DNA of 64,000 nucleotides. Source: Takakia lepidozioides. Lineage: Eukaryota > Plantae > Bryophyta. Shown piece by piece: positions 50,464 through 62,061 of the stretch. The first letter of the stretch is position 1. Each line of letters starts with the position of its first letter. The stretch spans positions 36,890,001 through 36,954,000 of the forward strand of contig CM060731.1 in the NCBI GenBank assembly GCA_030704615.1, read 5' to 3'. The notes under the pieces were generated by a model that was given only the letters and a program-made list of their open reading frames with translations, was not told the origin of the DNA and made no database searches. The translations under genes were made by a program, and so were the position numbers.

Positions 50464-53400
50464 TCAACGCCGGTGCATGAATAAATAGTCAATAGTCACG
50501 TTCATCCTCAACCTGTTCAGGTAAATGTAATACAGATGCTTGCACGGATAATACTTCGAACCCTTCTTTGCTTCCATCAACGAGAAGTCCGTACAATTGC
50601 AAGTCGGCTCCACTCCAATCGTAATTGTGTATACATCGTCGCGTACAGCCGAGCCGGCCGTTGCCATCCGATACACACGCCCAAGGCCGGGTAGGGGTAC
50701 GTCCACGGAGCACTGAATAGTGCAAGCCATCCCAAGAGCATTGACAATCCGAGTCTCATTCAACTTGTTGGGAGGGTGTCGTCTCTTCACTCTTCCGAAT
50801 CGCATTGTGGGATGTGCAGAATTGTCCAATCCGTCTCTACTGGACCGAGCAGTCTGCAATGGTTGGGTCTGAGGAACCGGAAATGCGTGGCCGGGATGTC
50901 TGTGCGTTGTACCATTCGAAATCCTGCTGCAGATAGAGCATCCGCCTCATTCTGAGAGAGGCTGCAACCCGGTGCAACAGGCCAGACGCCCGGAGGCTCC
51001 GGCATTCCCTGAATCCCTGGTACTCGGGCTTGCCAAATACACAGGTCATTATGTCGTGCCTACAGAACCAAAATGTCTGCGTTGTGGCGTGAGCAAATGT
51101 GGGAGTCAAAAATCTGCCGCTGAAACAAGGTGCAGGTACAGCACCGTGTGGGTTCCTCCGAATCATCTCACCACAGCGTGCTCTCGTATCCACCCGGATG
51201 GCGCAGCACTTCCCTCAAAATGCCGGCAATGTCCTCGCAATTCTCCACTGTGACTCCGACACTCTTGTCTCCACAATGGGAATGTTGTACTGCTTTACTA
51301 CAGATGGCTCGTTATGTTGCCGGGGCACGCGCCCTGTGCTCAAAGGAGATGGCGATCTTGAACGTGCAGGACTTGCGGTGCTCGACGAGACCTCCTCGGG
51401 CAACATCACCGGACCACGAGGGAGCGTGCGAATATTCTTGTCAGCTCGCCATGAATCCTCTTCTCCGCCAGGTGTCTCGTCAAGTCTTCGTCTCACTGGA
51501 CGGGTATGAACATCTCCTTCCAAATGTTGGCCTCTTCGTAGCAATGGCGTGTCCCGAAGGCCCTCTCGCAAGGCCGCCGCCCACTTCCGAGGATTCTTCG
51601 ATCTAGAGGCAGTCCGCATCAGCATTTCCTGCCTGTCCGGCCCCAAGCCCCACTGTTTCCCTTTCAAGAACTCGTTGTACCTGCATTGCTGCATAATTGA
51701 CCTCACAATGTCCTCCGTTGTGGCAGTGAGGATGTCCACCAGATGCGCCACAGAGGAGGCACGCCAGGAAGAGTGCACTGATTCAGCCATGTTTGTCGTG
51801 GGCATGTCGGTGTCGGAGTCGAGACACATTTCCTGCACAAGCACATGTTGAGGTTACAAGCAAGTTACAAATATGGCCAAGAATAATATTCAACGGGACG
51901 CGAATTCGTGCAACTCACCTCCCTCATATAGTCGCCGAACTGGAGGAAACGATAATGCCACCATGCTAGCCAACTGACCATTGCTCCCTCGTCTGATTTC
52001 CTTACAGCACCTGATGATGTCCACCAAGCCCGTATACATGCAAACTGTGTCTCTGCATCATCCAAGGTGGGAGCGCGCTTCCACGCAAGGCACATGGAAC
52101 GGTGCTCCTCTCTGAAATCTGGCGCCACGAGCCTGGTTGTGTACTGCGAAAGGCTCTGCAGAAAATGGAACCCACAAGATCTCTCCTTGCCTTCCATGGG
52201 AACATTGGGGTTTTGCCCGTACACCCTTCGGATGGCAGCCCAATTTGCTTGTGCGTTGTCTGCCATGAAACCACGGAAATTCGGAGGGGGGCAATCCCGC
52301 CTTGGCCATCTGTTCGTTTATTCCCTACCAAAGAAGCATCTCCGATTGTGTGTCCTCTCCTTTCATCTCACAAATAGCAATTGTCATTAGCATCCTGCAG
52401 TGGGTGTCGTAGACATGTGCACCCATTGTCACCCACTGGTGATTTGTAATTCGCTTGATATGGTCGAACATGACCCAACTGTTTGACAAGTCCCCACTCG
52501 TCATCCTGTCGACCAGTTTGACGCCGCTGCCAGGTCCACACGTGGACATTTTGAATACGAAACAACGATCTGCCTCAGTCCCTTGTCCTGGAAACCTACT
52601 TCCATGAATGTAGTCATATCCACATCGTCGCTTCACCTCCAGAATGGAGTGCATATCCGAGCCACGCCCAATTTTCTGTTTGCATGAGACAATGTGGTTT
52701 CGGACATTCGGTGAACATACGTGGGACACCAACTCCAGCAATGCCTCCATTTCCTTCTCATCGAGAGGAACTCTATCGGAGCCGTCTTCCGACATAATTC
52801 TGGCCAATGCCATCTTATGGGCGGCTTGGAGCTGTATCTGTTTGGGTTTGGCACCCGGTCTCAACTTAACCTCCTCCTGAACGAGCTGCTCTGCTTCGTG
52901 GGCAGCCTCCCGCGAGTTCCCCCTCGCCAATTTGTGACAATGGGAACCAACGTGTATGCAAGCTCGGGTGAGGTCAGGGAAACGGTGCAACACATAGAAC
53001 TGCTTGGCATTACAAACAGACATGCAGTGTGGTGGTTCTTTGCAATGCGCACACTTAAATGTGGAGTTCGGAACCTTCTCCTGAGCTCGAAATGGTTGAT
53101 GAGCTGTGCCTGTCCAATCGGTCTCGTTCCTGTGACCTCTGGATTTAAAGTGGAAGCAAGTTGGGGAGAAACACCGCAACGCGCCCGCACAAACAACGTA
53201 GCGCACCCGCACACCATCGAGCATCTTCATGCTGGTGGTTTTGGTAACGCACCAAGGATGACCGTCATGTTTTCTATCCATATCTGTCAACATTCCGGAC
53301 GCCCTCGAGTAGTCCGCCCGAGGAGGGAACTCAAAGAAGATATTACCGTCGACGTCGGCGGGAAGGCATGTAACCGATTTAATTGCGAACTTGCTGTAGT

Positions 53401-53790
53401 CCAGCCCGGCCAGCTCCGACCGGTGTCCCTCCAGGTGAAGCCCTCGCAGAATTTCAAGAATAGATCGAACTGCGGTGCTCGTGCTGGGAATATGACTCCC
53501 TCCTCCACTGACGTCCATTGAGGACTTGCCTGATCTCCATGACGACCTCGGAACTTCCATGACCTCGTCTGAGTCGGACAGGTTGTGAACAACCCGGTTC
53601 TCGCTCGTCTTCATGGATGGGTTCGGCTCTGGATTTACTTCGTTGCGGACTTCTCTCTTTGAGGTAGCCACTCTCTGATTCGCGGATTGTTTCGTGGAAG
53701 GCGGCAGGATAGAAGGTGCATTTGGCGGGCAAATGAAGTCCCCAACAGCCCTGTATATGACGCTGTCCGATGGTGGAACTCGCCATTCCT
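50464..53790 (-). mobile_element. Mutator-like (MULE) DDE transposase with an N-terminal GCM-like Zn domain and C-terminal SWIM finger; pseudogenised; intron 51918-51833
   Basis: VMFD, FMADNAQANW, CGFH, TTNMAESVH and SWIM CNC...PCKH. In-frame GTGAGT...TGCAG intron; one stop at 52325 and several frameshifts. Confidence 0.8.
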
Positions 53791-56279
53791 GCTGTCAAGT
53801 TAAATAAGCACAGTGTGAAAACAGCTAGAATAAAACTAGTTATTTGTATTTAACACTTGGATTTAGGTCAAGTGTTAAATCAGGTGTCAAGTTTAGTTTG
53901 ACACCTGGTCCGTCTTATCTTCACGAGAGCGGCAGTCGCGCGGCTCATCTTTCTCGAGTTGAGCCTGCGCGACCGAGCTCTTGCATGCGTTTAGATCTGA
54001 GTGTACTCATGATGGGAGTGTAGGTTGTTGTGGGGTGGAGTCCCCATAGCTTGGGGTGCCCTTGGCTCGACTTCTATTATAAAGAGTGATAGAGATGGAT
54101 TTCACATGTTTTGTGTCAACAGTGTTTCTATGCTTCTTATCACTCGAGAAAGATCACCTCTTACCTGTGAGTGCAAGGTAGGAGTTGAGGGTTAGCACTT
54201 GTATGATTACCTGTGTGTAAGTAATGCTTAGTTTGAGAAGCTTAAAAAAAAAAAAACATGCTGGTTTCGATCATCGTTGGTTTCTGGGTATATAGATGGT
54301 CCATGGAGGCAGGCTGCATGGCAAGCAGGGGCAAAGAACTGGTCTTGTTCTACTGGTTGAGGATAGCGTTGGTTCTGGCATGAGGCCGCCGGGGCAGGAC
54401 GGAGCTATACTGCGGGGAAGCAGCCTTCGTTTTGGTCGGTGAGGAGACATCATGGTGTAGCAGCGATTGGCCGTTCGGAAACTGACCAAGTGCGAGACTT
54501 AAGGGGTACCTGTAATCGAGCAGATGAGTAGAACTTCCGTGCCTGGAGATGGAGATGAGGGAGAATGGAACGGCGTGCAGAGAGGGCGAGGTGGGGCAGT
54601 CAGGAGGTAGAGTATGGGCTGCTCGCCTTAGTTCGATGTGCACCGACCAGAAGCGGTCAGTGAGGTCGTGTCAGGTAACTGCAAGTGGCCTTTACCTTGC
54701 TCCTCGTCACACCCACACAAACGCAGGGAAGAAATGAGGTGGAAGCGGACGTAAAGACTTGGAGATCGAACATGTGATCGTAGCAGTTCTTCGAGCCTCA
54801 GTGAGGCGCAGCAGCCGTTAAGGAAGAAATGGGAAAGAGTGACGTATTGTGCGGTCAGGAAAGGCAGCGGAAGAGCAGAATCTAATTGATTTTCTGAGGT
54901 AGCATCCTGGTCAATAGCAATACCATCACTGGCACCCCGCATGTTTCCTTCCTCCGAACTTCTCTTTGCTTCCTCTGTACCTGGGGTAGCAATTTGAAAG
55001 ATGCCCACTCCAACATCCTTTGCAGTAGTAGAGCACACCTCACTCTCTCCATTTTCATCATTTCCACATTCTGGCTCCTCAATTAGAGAGCCTGGTCCTG
55101 CAGTGGCAAACTGAACATACTGTCTGTATCAGGCTCCTCTGCAGGCAAAGCACATCTTTCCACTGAAGTTGGGCTGTAGCTTTTCTTGACGCATGTGGGC
55201 ACATTGGCAGCTGTCACAGTGGCTGTATCTTCTTTCTTAGCCTGATCAGAGTCTGGCAGTTTTTCTAGCATGTCTGGCTTTTGCTGCAATTGAATCGTAC
55301 CAGGAGCAGGAACTCCAAGAGCTTCGAATGTGATTGGTAATGTTGAGGGGCTGTGGAATGAGCAAGAGATAGGAATACCAAGGAACTTGGCGTATTCTAC
55401 TGCTGGTGGTGTCCTGCAGTGCAGCCATTCGTCCATTCATTGAATGCTGGAGGATGAGCAACATGTGAAGCAGCCTTGTAACTTATGCACCTGCCAGAGG
55501 AGGGAGCAAGGCCATCAAGAATTGAAGGGATGACTTGCGCTGACTAGAAGCTAGGGTTTGCAAGAGAGCAAAACTGCTGTTGCGAAAGATGGACAGAGCA
55601 GAACTGTGAATAGGATCGCTGGCGGATGGTTTGCTGAGGGGAGCGCCATAACTTAATGACTCTGGCTTCTGGAGAAGCGCCGAAAGAAGCAGCATACGTG
55701 GGTCTTGGGAAATGATCAATGCACTGGTCTGATCCAGAAATTTCCCTTCTTGCCTGATCGACGTCAGTTCTGCCCAATAACCAAGCAAGTGTGGAGTGTG
55801 CACTTTGAGCGTCAATTGTGAAAGGCTTGTTGTAAGCTGGAATCTGATGCGGCTTGAAGAATCTGACCGTGGAGAATCAGATAAAAAGGAGCAGGGAGGA
55901 TGACAATTTAGGCATTAATGTGGTGTCATCTGAAACTGCCGGTCCCTTGAAGACAGAAGGGGCCCAGCTCACTACATGACATGCTCGGTCTAGTGGAACA
56001 ATCCAGAACTTGAGGGCAGCCTGTGCCAACTCCATGGAAAGGCTTTCACAATCAGTGATAGCAGATCTGTTGTTGTCACCTTGAAAAATCAGCACGCATG
56101 AAGGGCTGTGTAAGCGTTCTTGATCAAGCTAGTTAGCTCTGGTGCTTTCCGGGGTTGCATTGTAAGTGCTCTTGCTTTTGTGGGAATATTGGTTGCAAGG
56201 ATTAAGGCTCGGCATAGCTACGGATCTCGACTGGAGGAGAGCAGGTCACTGGTAACCAAGAGCTGTGGGGGGTGCCATT

Positions 56280-57916
56280 TGTAAACACAACTAAATCCTA
56301 GAAATTATAGGGCACGTGGCTAGGGAACCTAGGAAACCATATAGAACTTAGGGAACCGGGAAACCAGTTACCAAATGTTTTTGGGTGTAACTTTAAATTT
56401 TTAAATTTGAAAACCCTTTTTAAAAAAAAAAAAAAAAAAAGGGCCCTTTTGATCTAATTTAAATGATTAAAGCCAAATTGGTCATATCTTTGTCAAATGG
56501 ACTCTGTTTGACTCAGTTTTGGGGGGGATAGCTGCAGAAAGGGGAAATCTACCTACCTAGACCTGGTTTTCTGTTTTTGGGACTCTGCTAAAAATCTATG
56601 GAATTTTTAGAGTGTGAGTGTGCCATAAAATATCCACAATCCTGTTTCTAGAACCTGTGCTGGCCTATATGAGAGACAAACTGTGGATGTACTCCCTGTA
56701 TGGCTGGGGAAATGAGGACGTAATTGAAGGGCAGGTCTCTTCTCTTAGCCTGTGCACACAAGGGGACAGGATCTATGTTTCCCAAGGAACTCAGACTGAT
56801 TTGAGTGGAGAACAGTTGGACGAGTTGATTGCATACTGGGAGTCAGGCATTCGCAGTAGACAACAGACTGCTTTGTAGTTGGCATTGAGGGCCTCAATAT
56901 CGCCTTGGACAGTCAGAACTCTGTTGGAGCCAGCAGTTCTGCAGCTGTAGGTGAAATACCAAAGTGGGTGAAAGCTAGGCTTGGAACACAGCCAAAGACA
57001 CTCCAGGGACCAAGGTGTTCAGCCACAAGGCCGTGGTGTACTGGAGCAGAGGAGCAGAAGCTGCACAAGTTTGTGCAATTAGACAGTGTTGCAGACAGAC
57101 ACGCTCTGCACAAGGCAACCACGAGCGGGGGTTCATTAGCGAGGACAAGTTTGTTCTGTTTGAAGGCGATGCAGTCATTCGCAATGAAGACACCCGCAAC
57201 CGTCTCAAAGCTTTCGAGTTGAGAGACTATCAGACCCTACCTTTGTTTTCTTTAGTGTTCAGTGAGCGGGAGATAGCAGAGTGTTGCTTTGTCTCTACCT
57301 GGCAGAAAGAGGAGGAGGGTGGTTAGAGCGAGCTACTGTAGCTTGGGACAAGGTTAGTGGCAGGTTTCTGGACAAAGATATACCTCCTACACCTTACCAT
57401 CAAGCAGAGCGAGGTACTTTGAGAGAAGTCTGGAAGTTGATAGCATAGATCAGGGTTAGATCTTGCTTGGGCGGGCTTCTATTCTTCCCCTCCATCTTTG
57501 TACATTTCATTACCTTATACTTGTAGTTGCCAAAGCCTCTCTTGGTGGAGGCCAGTCAGTCCGGGGTTTTTGGGCTGGGATATTCTGCAGGATCAAGCGT
57601 GGCTGCTGGATTTTGGTGTGGGGGTGTTGATGTTTTGATTTCTTGTGTTTGGATCCCCCCCAACACCTGCATGCTTGACTGTGCGCCATGTTGGTTTTGT
57701 GTGGGCGCTTGCTTTCATAGGGATTAGGCCGGATTTGATCACCGGTCAATCCTAGAGTATGCTGTCGGTGGTGAGGCTGGAGTGATGACCAGCAAGACCA
57801 CCAGTGTTTCTTCTATGGTGAGGCTGGGTTGATGACCAGCCAACCATAGGAGTTCTTGCGGTGGATGCAGGTGCAGGTGCCCTGAGCCATTGGGATATGA
57901 CCCTTAGACTGCAACA
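56280..57916 (+). mobile_element. Putative LTR of the DNMT-carrying Gypsy
   Basis: TGT...ACA termini, preceded by a G-tract (56267-56272), followed by GGTGCCCACCCGTG and then gag. No second copy in the window confirms it. Confidence 0.4.
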
Positions 57917-60810
57917 GGTGCCCACCCGTGTCACTATTAGATTAGTACTAGAGCCTTATAGTGTCACGTGGAGGAGGTGCACATTGTGAGTGTCATTACG
58001 GAGTTACCCAAGGGTTTTGAGGGGAGTACGGCTACAAGCAGTGACAGTGAGAGTGGGTTCACAAGACGAGGTATTCGGTTCAGACCACCTTCACCGCCAC
58101 CCTCAATACTGTAGCGTCAGACACAGACTCGGAGGCTTCATCAACAGGTGTGCACTTTCATTCGCCATTGTTGTGGGACGACATGGAGGAGATGTATGGA
58201 GCTACCAAGGGGCCTCGTAGGTACTCTGGAGCTGTGGGCACAATCGAGTTGGATGACTTTATCCAGGAGTTCGACAGCTGGTGTGATTTGCAGCAGATGC
58301 GCAATCCACAGCTATTCACCCCATTCATGGCGTGGAAGGGACTGTTCCAGCATTTGGAAGGCCCGCCTATGGACGATTACCACGAGTTCAGGCGAGGACA
58401 TGAAGCAGAGATTGAGGAGTGGAGGATGTATTGGTCACCTGACTATGTCTCCATTACTCGAGGCACGACGCGACCAGTAGCTGCATCAGTACCAATAGCT
58501 CCCACTGCCAGCACTAGTAGTGGAGCAAGTAGTGCTGGTACTTCTGTAGGTGGTACCAGTTCAAAAGGTGCTACTACTTCTCCTGCCACGACTACAACAC
58601 ATGTGCCTAGATTCACCCGGTGGTGAGTTCTTCCAGGAGTTGCGGAGGAACTACCAAGGTGTACGGACAGAGAAGCTGCGAAGTTTGCAAGACTTCCAGC
58701 GCAAACCCAGGAGAGCATGCGAGAGGCGTACACTCGTATGAGGCGCTTGATAAGTGTGACCCAAGGGGTTACTGAAGCTCAGGCAATCCAGTTTTGGTAT
58801 GGAATTCTGGACAAGGAGCTCAAGAGAAGGGTGCGAGATGCAACCCTGTTACAAGCAGCCCAACCCACATTAGCAGATGTGTTTCTGCTGGCTGAGCGGA
58901 TTGAGCTCAACATGGTGGAGGAGCGAGTTGTTACAATTGGATTTGGCAAGGACATGCCTGTACGGGGCACAGCTGTCAGCCCACAAGCACAAGGGACTGC
59001 CCAACAGCGTGGTCAGGGGGGCAAGGTTGCCCAGCCCAAGTTCCATGGAGCTTACAGGGGCCCCAGGTGCAGAGGCCCGTGGCATCTTTGCAGGCCAACA
59101 GCAACCAGGGGTGATATGTTGGACATGTGGAGGACCCCATGTCAAGAGAGATTGCCCAGAGAGTGGCAGAAGGCCGGCACAAGCACAGCCTGCACAGTTG
59201 CAGTGTGGGCATTGTGGCAAGTATGGGCATGGAGATGCCCAGTGTTATGACTTGCATCCTGAGTTGCGCCCAGGCCAGTTCCAAGGGAACAATGGTGGCC
59301 GGGGGCGAGGTGGACCAGCCCAGAGAGGACGAGGTGGTCGGGCACGAGGTGCAGGCCAAGGGCAAGCTCAACATGGCCAAGGACGCGGAGGTCAGGGCGT
59401 TGATCAAGGCATGGCCAACCGGCTTCAGCAGCTAGAGCAGAGGCTCGCTGCCATGGCTATAGCTCAGGCGTTACCGGCTCCCAGGGATTATGTGCGGAGC
59501 AGCACTACCACTAGAGCAGGTGGAGTCTGCTGCAGCCGTGACTCGAGGAGCAGCACGAGTTCCTGAGCCACGAGGTGCAGAGGTGGAATTGGATCCACAG
59601 CGTGGGGAGGCAAGCCGTCAGGCAAGGCTTCCTCAGTCATTCACATTGGCGGAGACTGTGTCGACGCCATCCATGGCACCTAGTTCTCGCCCGACTGTTA
59701 CCGAGGCGGAGGTTACTATGCCATTGGGGAGAGCTACACGTGCAGCATTGACTCCTGCTGCCAAGGCTAGTGCGGCCGGTGTGTTATTGGGGCAGCCACC
59801 TCTGTGTGTCAGGCCCCACTGTTCTCGGCAACATGATTGCGACGCCGGGGGTGAGACCAGCTGCAGTGTTCAGACTAGCAGCAACACTCTGTGAGAGTGG
59901 GGAGGTCACTTCATCTTCTGCGGAGTTAGTGGAAGGTGTAGTGGCAGAGGGATCCTCGGATTTGAGGGTCAAGACTGCCACGGCTGCGCCATGGCAAGTT
60001 GCAGCTGCCAGGTTGACGGAGCTGAGCGCAGCTAGGCCAGCCTTTGAGCGCGCCATGGTGACACCTGGAGTTGTCTTGTTAGACAACCAGGGAGGCATTT
60101 TCACTTTGAGTGGACCGGCAGGCAAGAAGTACCGGCCACTGCGGGTCTTGTTGGACTCAGGAGCTCAGCCACTGATGTTGGGCAGAGCTGCTATTGCAGG
60201 TTTGGGCCTCATGGAGGCGGATATGGAGCCTGTCCTTTCCAGATACAGACATCTCTGGGAGGATCAGAGCAGGCTCGCGGCATGACACGGCATCAGTTGG
60301 CTATTAGACTGCAGCCGGATCATCCTGTAGATGGCTCAGTGATGCGAGCCAAGGCCATTGTGACAGACGCGGTCTCTTACGATGTCCTCGTTGGTGGGGC
60401 AGTGTTATACCCCATGGGCTTCACCCTGGATTTCTGGGAGGAGTCAGCATCCTACAGGCCTGGATGGCAGTCAGGGGATGGTCGCCGTGCACAGCTCCCT
60501 ATGACATTCATTGGGGGTATTCATTGGCCTGGAGAGTTGCTGGAAGGCAATGCCCATGCAGAGGATGTGCCACCTCCAGCAGAGCAGGATGACATGCATG
60601 GTACGGCGGAGTTGCCTGCCATGGTTGCTCACACTCCCGTTGTGGGGTACGAGCAAGGATTTGCAGCAAGCTGCTGATGGACGGGTGCAACAAGCTTGGG
60701 AAGAAGCTTTTGTACCGTCAGGAGAGGAGGAGAGTGCGGTGATTGCACCAGGGCCACCTCAGTTGTCGCCATTGGACACCACACCTCTTGTGTGGCAGCG
60801 GCCGGATGAA

Positions 60811-61760
60811 GGCATTTGCCTTCTGGACTTGTTTGGCGGGATCAGCACCGGATTGGCTGCTGTGCTACAGGCAGGTGTGCGGGTAAGGCGTTACCTGTAT
60901 GTGGAGAGGGATGAGACTGCACGACGCGTCTCACTGCGCCATGTGGCTCAGTTGGTACAGCAGTACCCTGACTTGTTGCCTGTGTCTGCAGTTCGTGGAT
61001 ACCAACAAGCCTTGCCAGCAGACATTTCCTTGTTGGGGGCGCAAGATTTGGAGCAGGTTGGCTCCATTGATCTGATAGTGGCAGGTTGGCCCTGCCAAGG
61101 GCATTCATCAGCCGGGCATGGCAATGGATTGCGAGACTCGAGGACGGGTCTGTTTTGGGAGATGGTGCGGATTTTGCGCTGCTTGCAGCTTCATCAAGCT
61201 GTATCTCCAGCATACATCTTGGAGAATGTACCACTGATGGGTGATTCTCGGGCCAGGGTGATGGCCAGTGTGCATCAAGTCCGGTCGTGGCTTGGGTCAG
61301 CAGTGTTGCTGGATGCAGCTGCAGTGGGGTCACGGGCTCATCGTCCACGACTATGGTGGACTAACTTGATGCCACCCGCACTGCTCAAGCGTGCATTTGA
61401 TGGGGTGCAGCGGCCAGCACACCTCACCGTGGATGGCATTTTGGACACAGGAAGGCAGTCTCAACGTGTGAGACACGATGACCGTTCGCCTTTGGCAGTG
61501 GTCAACAGGGTGGGTCAACCACGAGCAGCATTACCTACACTGCTCAGCTTCCCAGGATCCCATGCTTTTCGGGATGGTGGACCTGGCCTCCTGTGGGATG
61601 CTCAGTTGCAGCAGTTAGTGGAGCCTAATGCCGACGAGCGAGAGCGGGCTATGGGGTTTTCCACTGGGACCACGGCGGTGCCTTCTCTTTCTGAGGCATC
61701 ACGTCGTCAGGTGTTGGGGCAAGCAATGGATCTCAATTGCTTGACCTGGATTGTCAGCTT
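60811..61760 (+). CDS. DNMT3-like C5 cytosine DNA methyltransferase domain within pol (ORF 60511-62061)
   Basis: Motif I LDLFGGISTG, II YVERD, III ADI, IV AGWPCQ (PC at 61090-61095), V LFWE, VI ENV (61222-61230), VIII AHRPRLWWTN, IX ERERAMGF and X RRQVLGQAM, in canonical order. Confidence 0.92.
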
Positions 61761-62061
61761 GGCTATGGCTGAGCAACGTAGAGTGCGGAGTGCACTTCCC
61801 TTGACGGTCTCTCTGCCTACCGAGACGGTACAGGCAGCGAGTGGGGGCGAGCCGGTGAGGACCACGAGGTGTAGACATCCATGGCACATGTGGGAGGTGC
61901 TCGAGGTTCAGAGGGAGTTGGCAGCGAAGGCAGCTGTGATGGATGAGGTTGGGGATTCTTCTCGGGATGAGGAGGTTCTCAATGATGAGATGATGGGGCA
62001 GGATGAGGCCTTGTCATTGACTGAGCAGGAAGGGGGTACTGCTCAAGAGGTTGCAGCATAG

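Noticed and set aside
60511-62061. Bacterial restriction-modification methylase, contamination, or host DRM gene
   Set aside because: It is intronless, embedded in frame in Gypsy pol, has DNMT3-like non-permuted motifs, and has no nuclease or UBA/PWWP domains.
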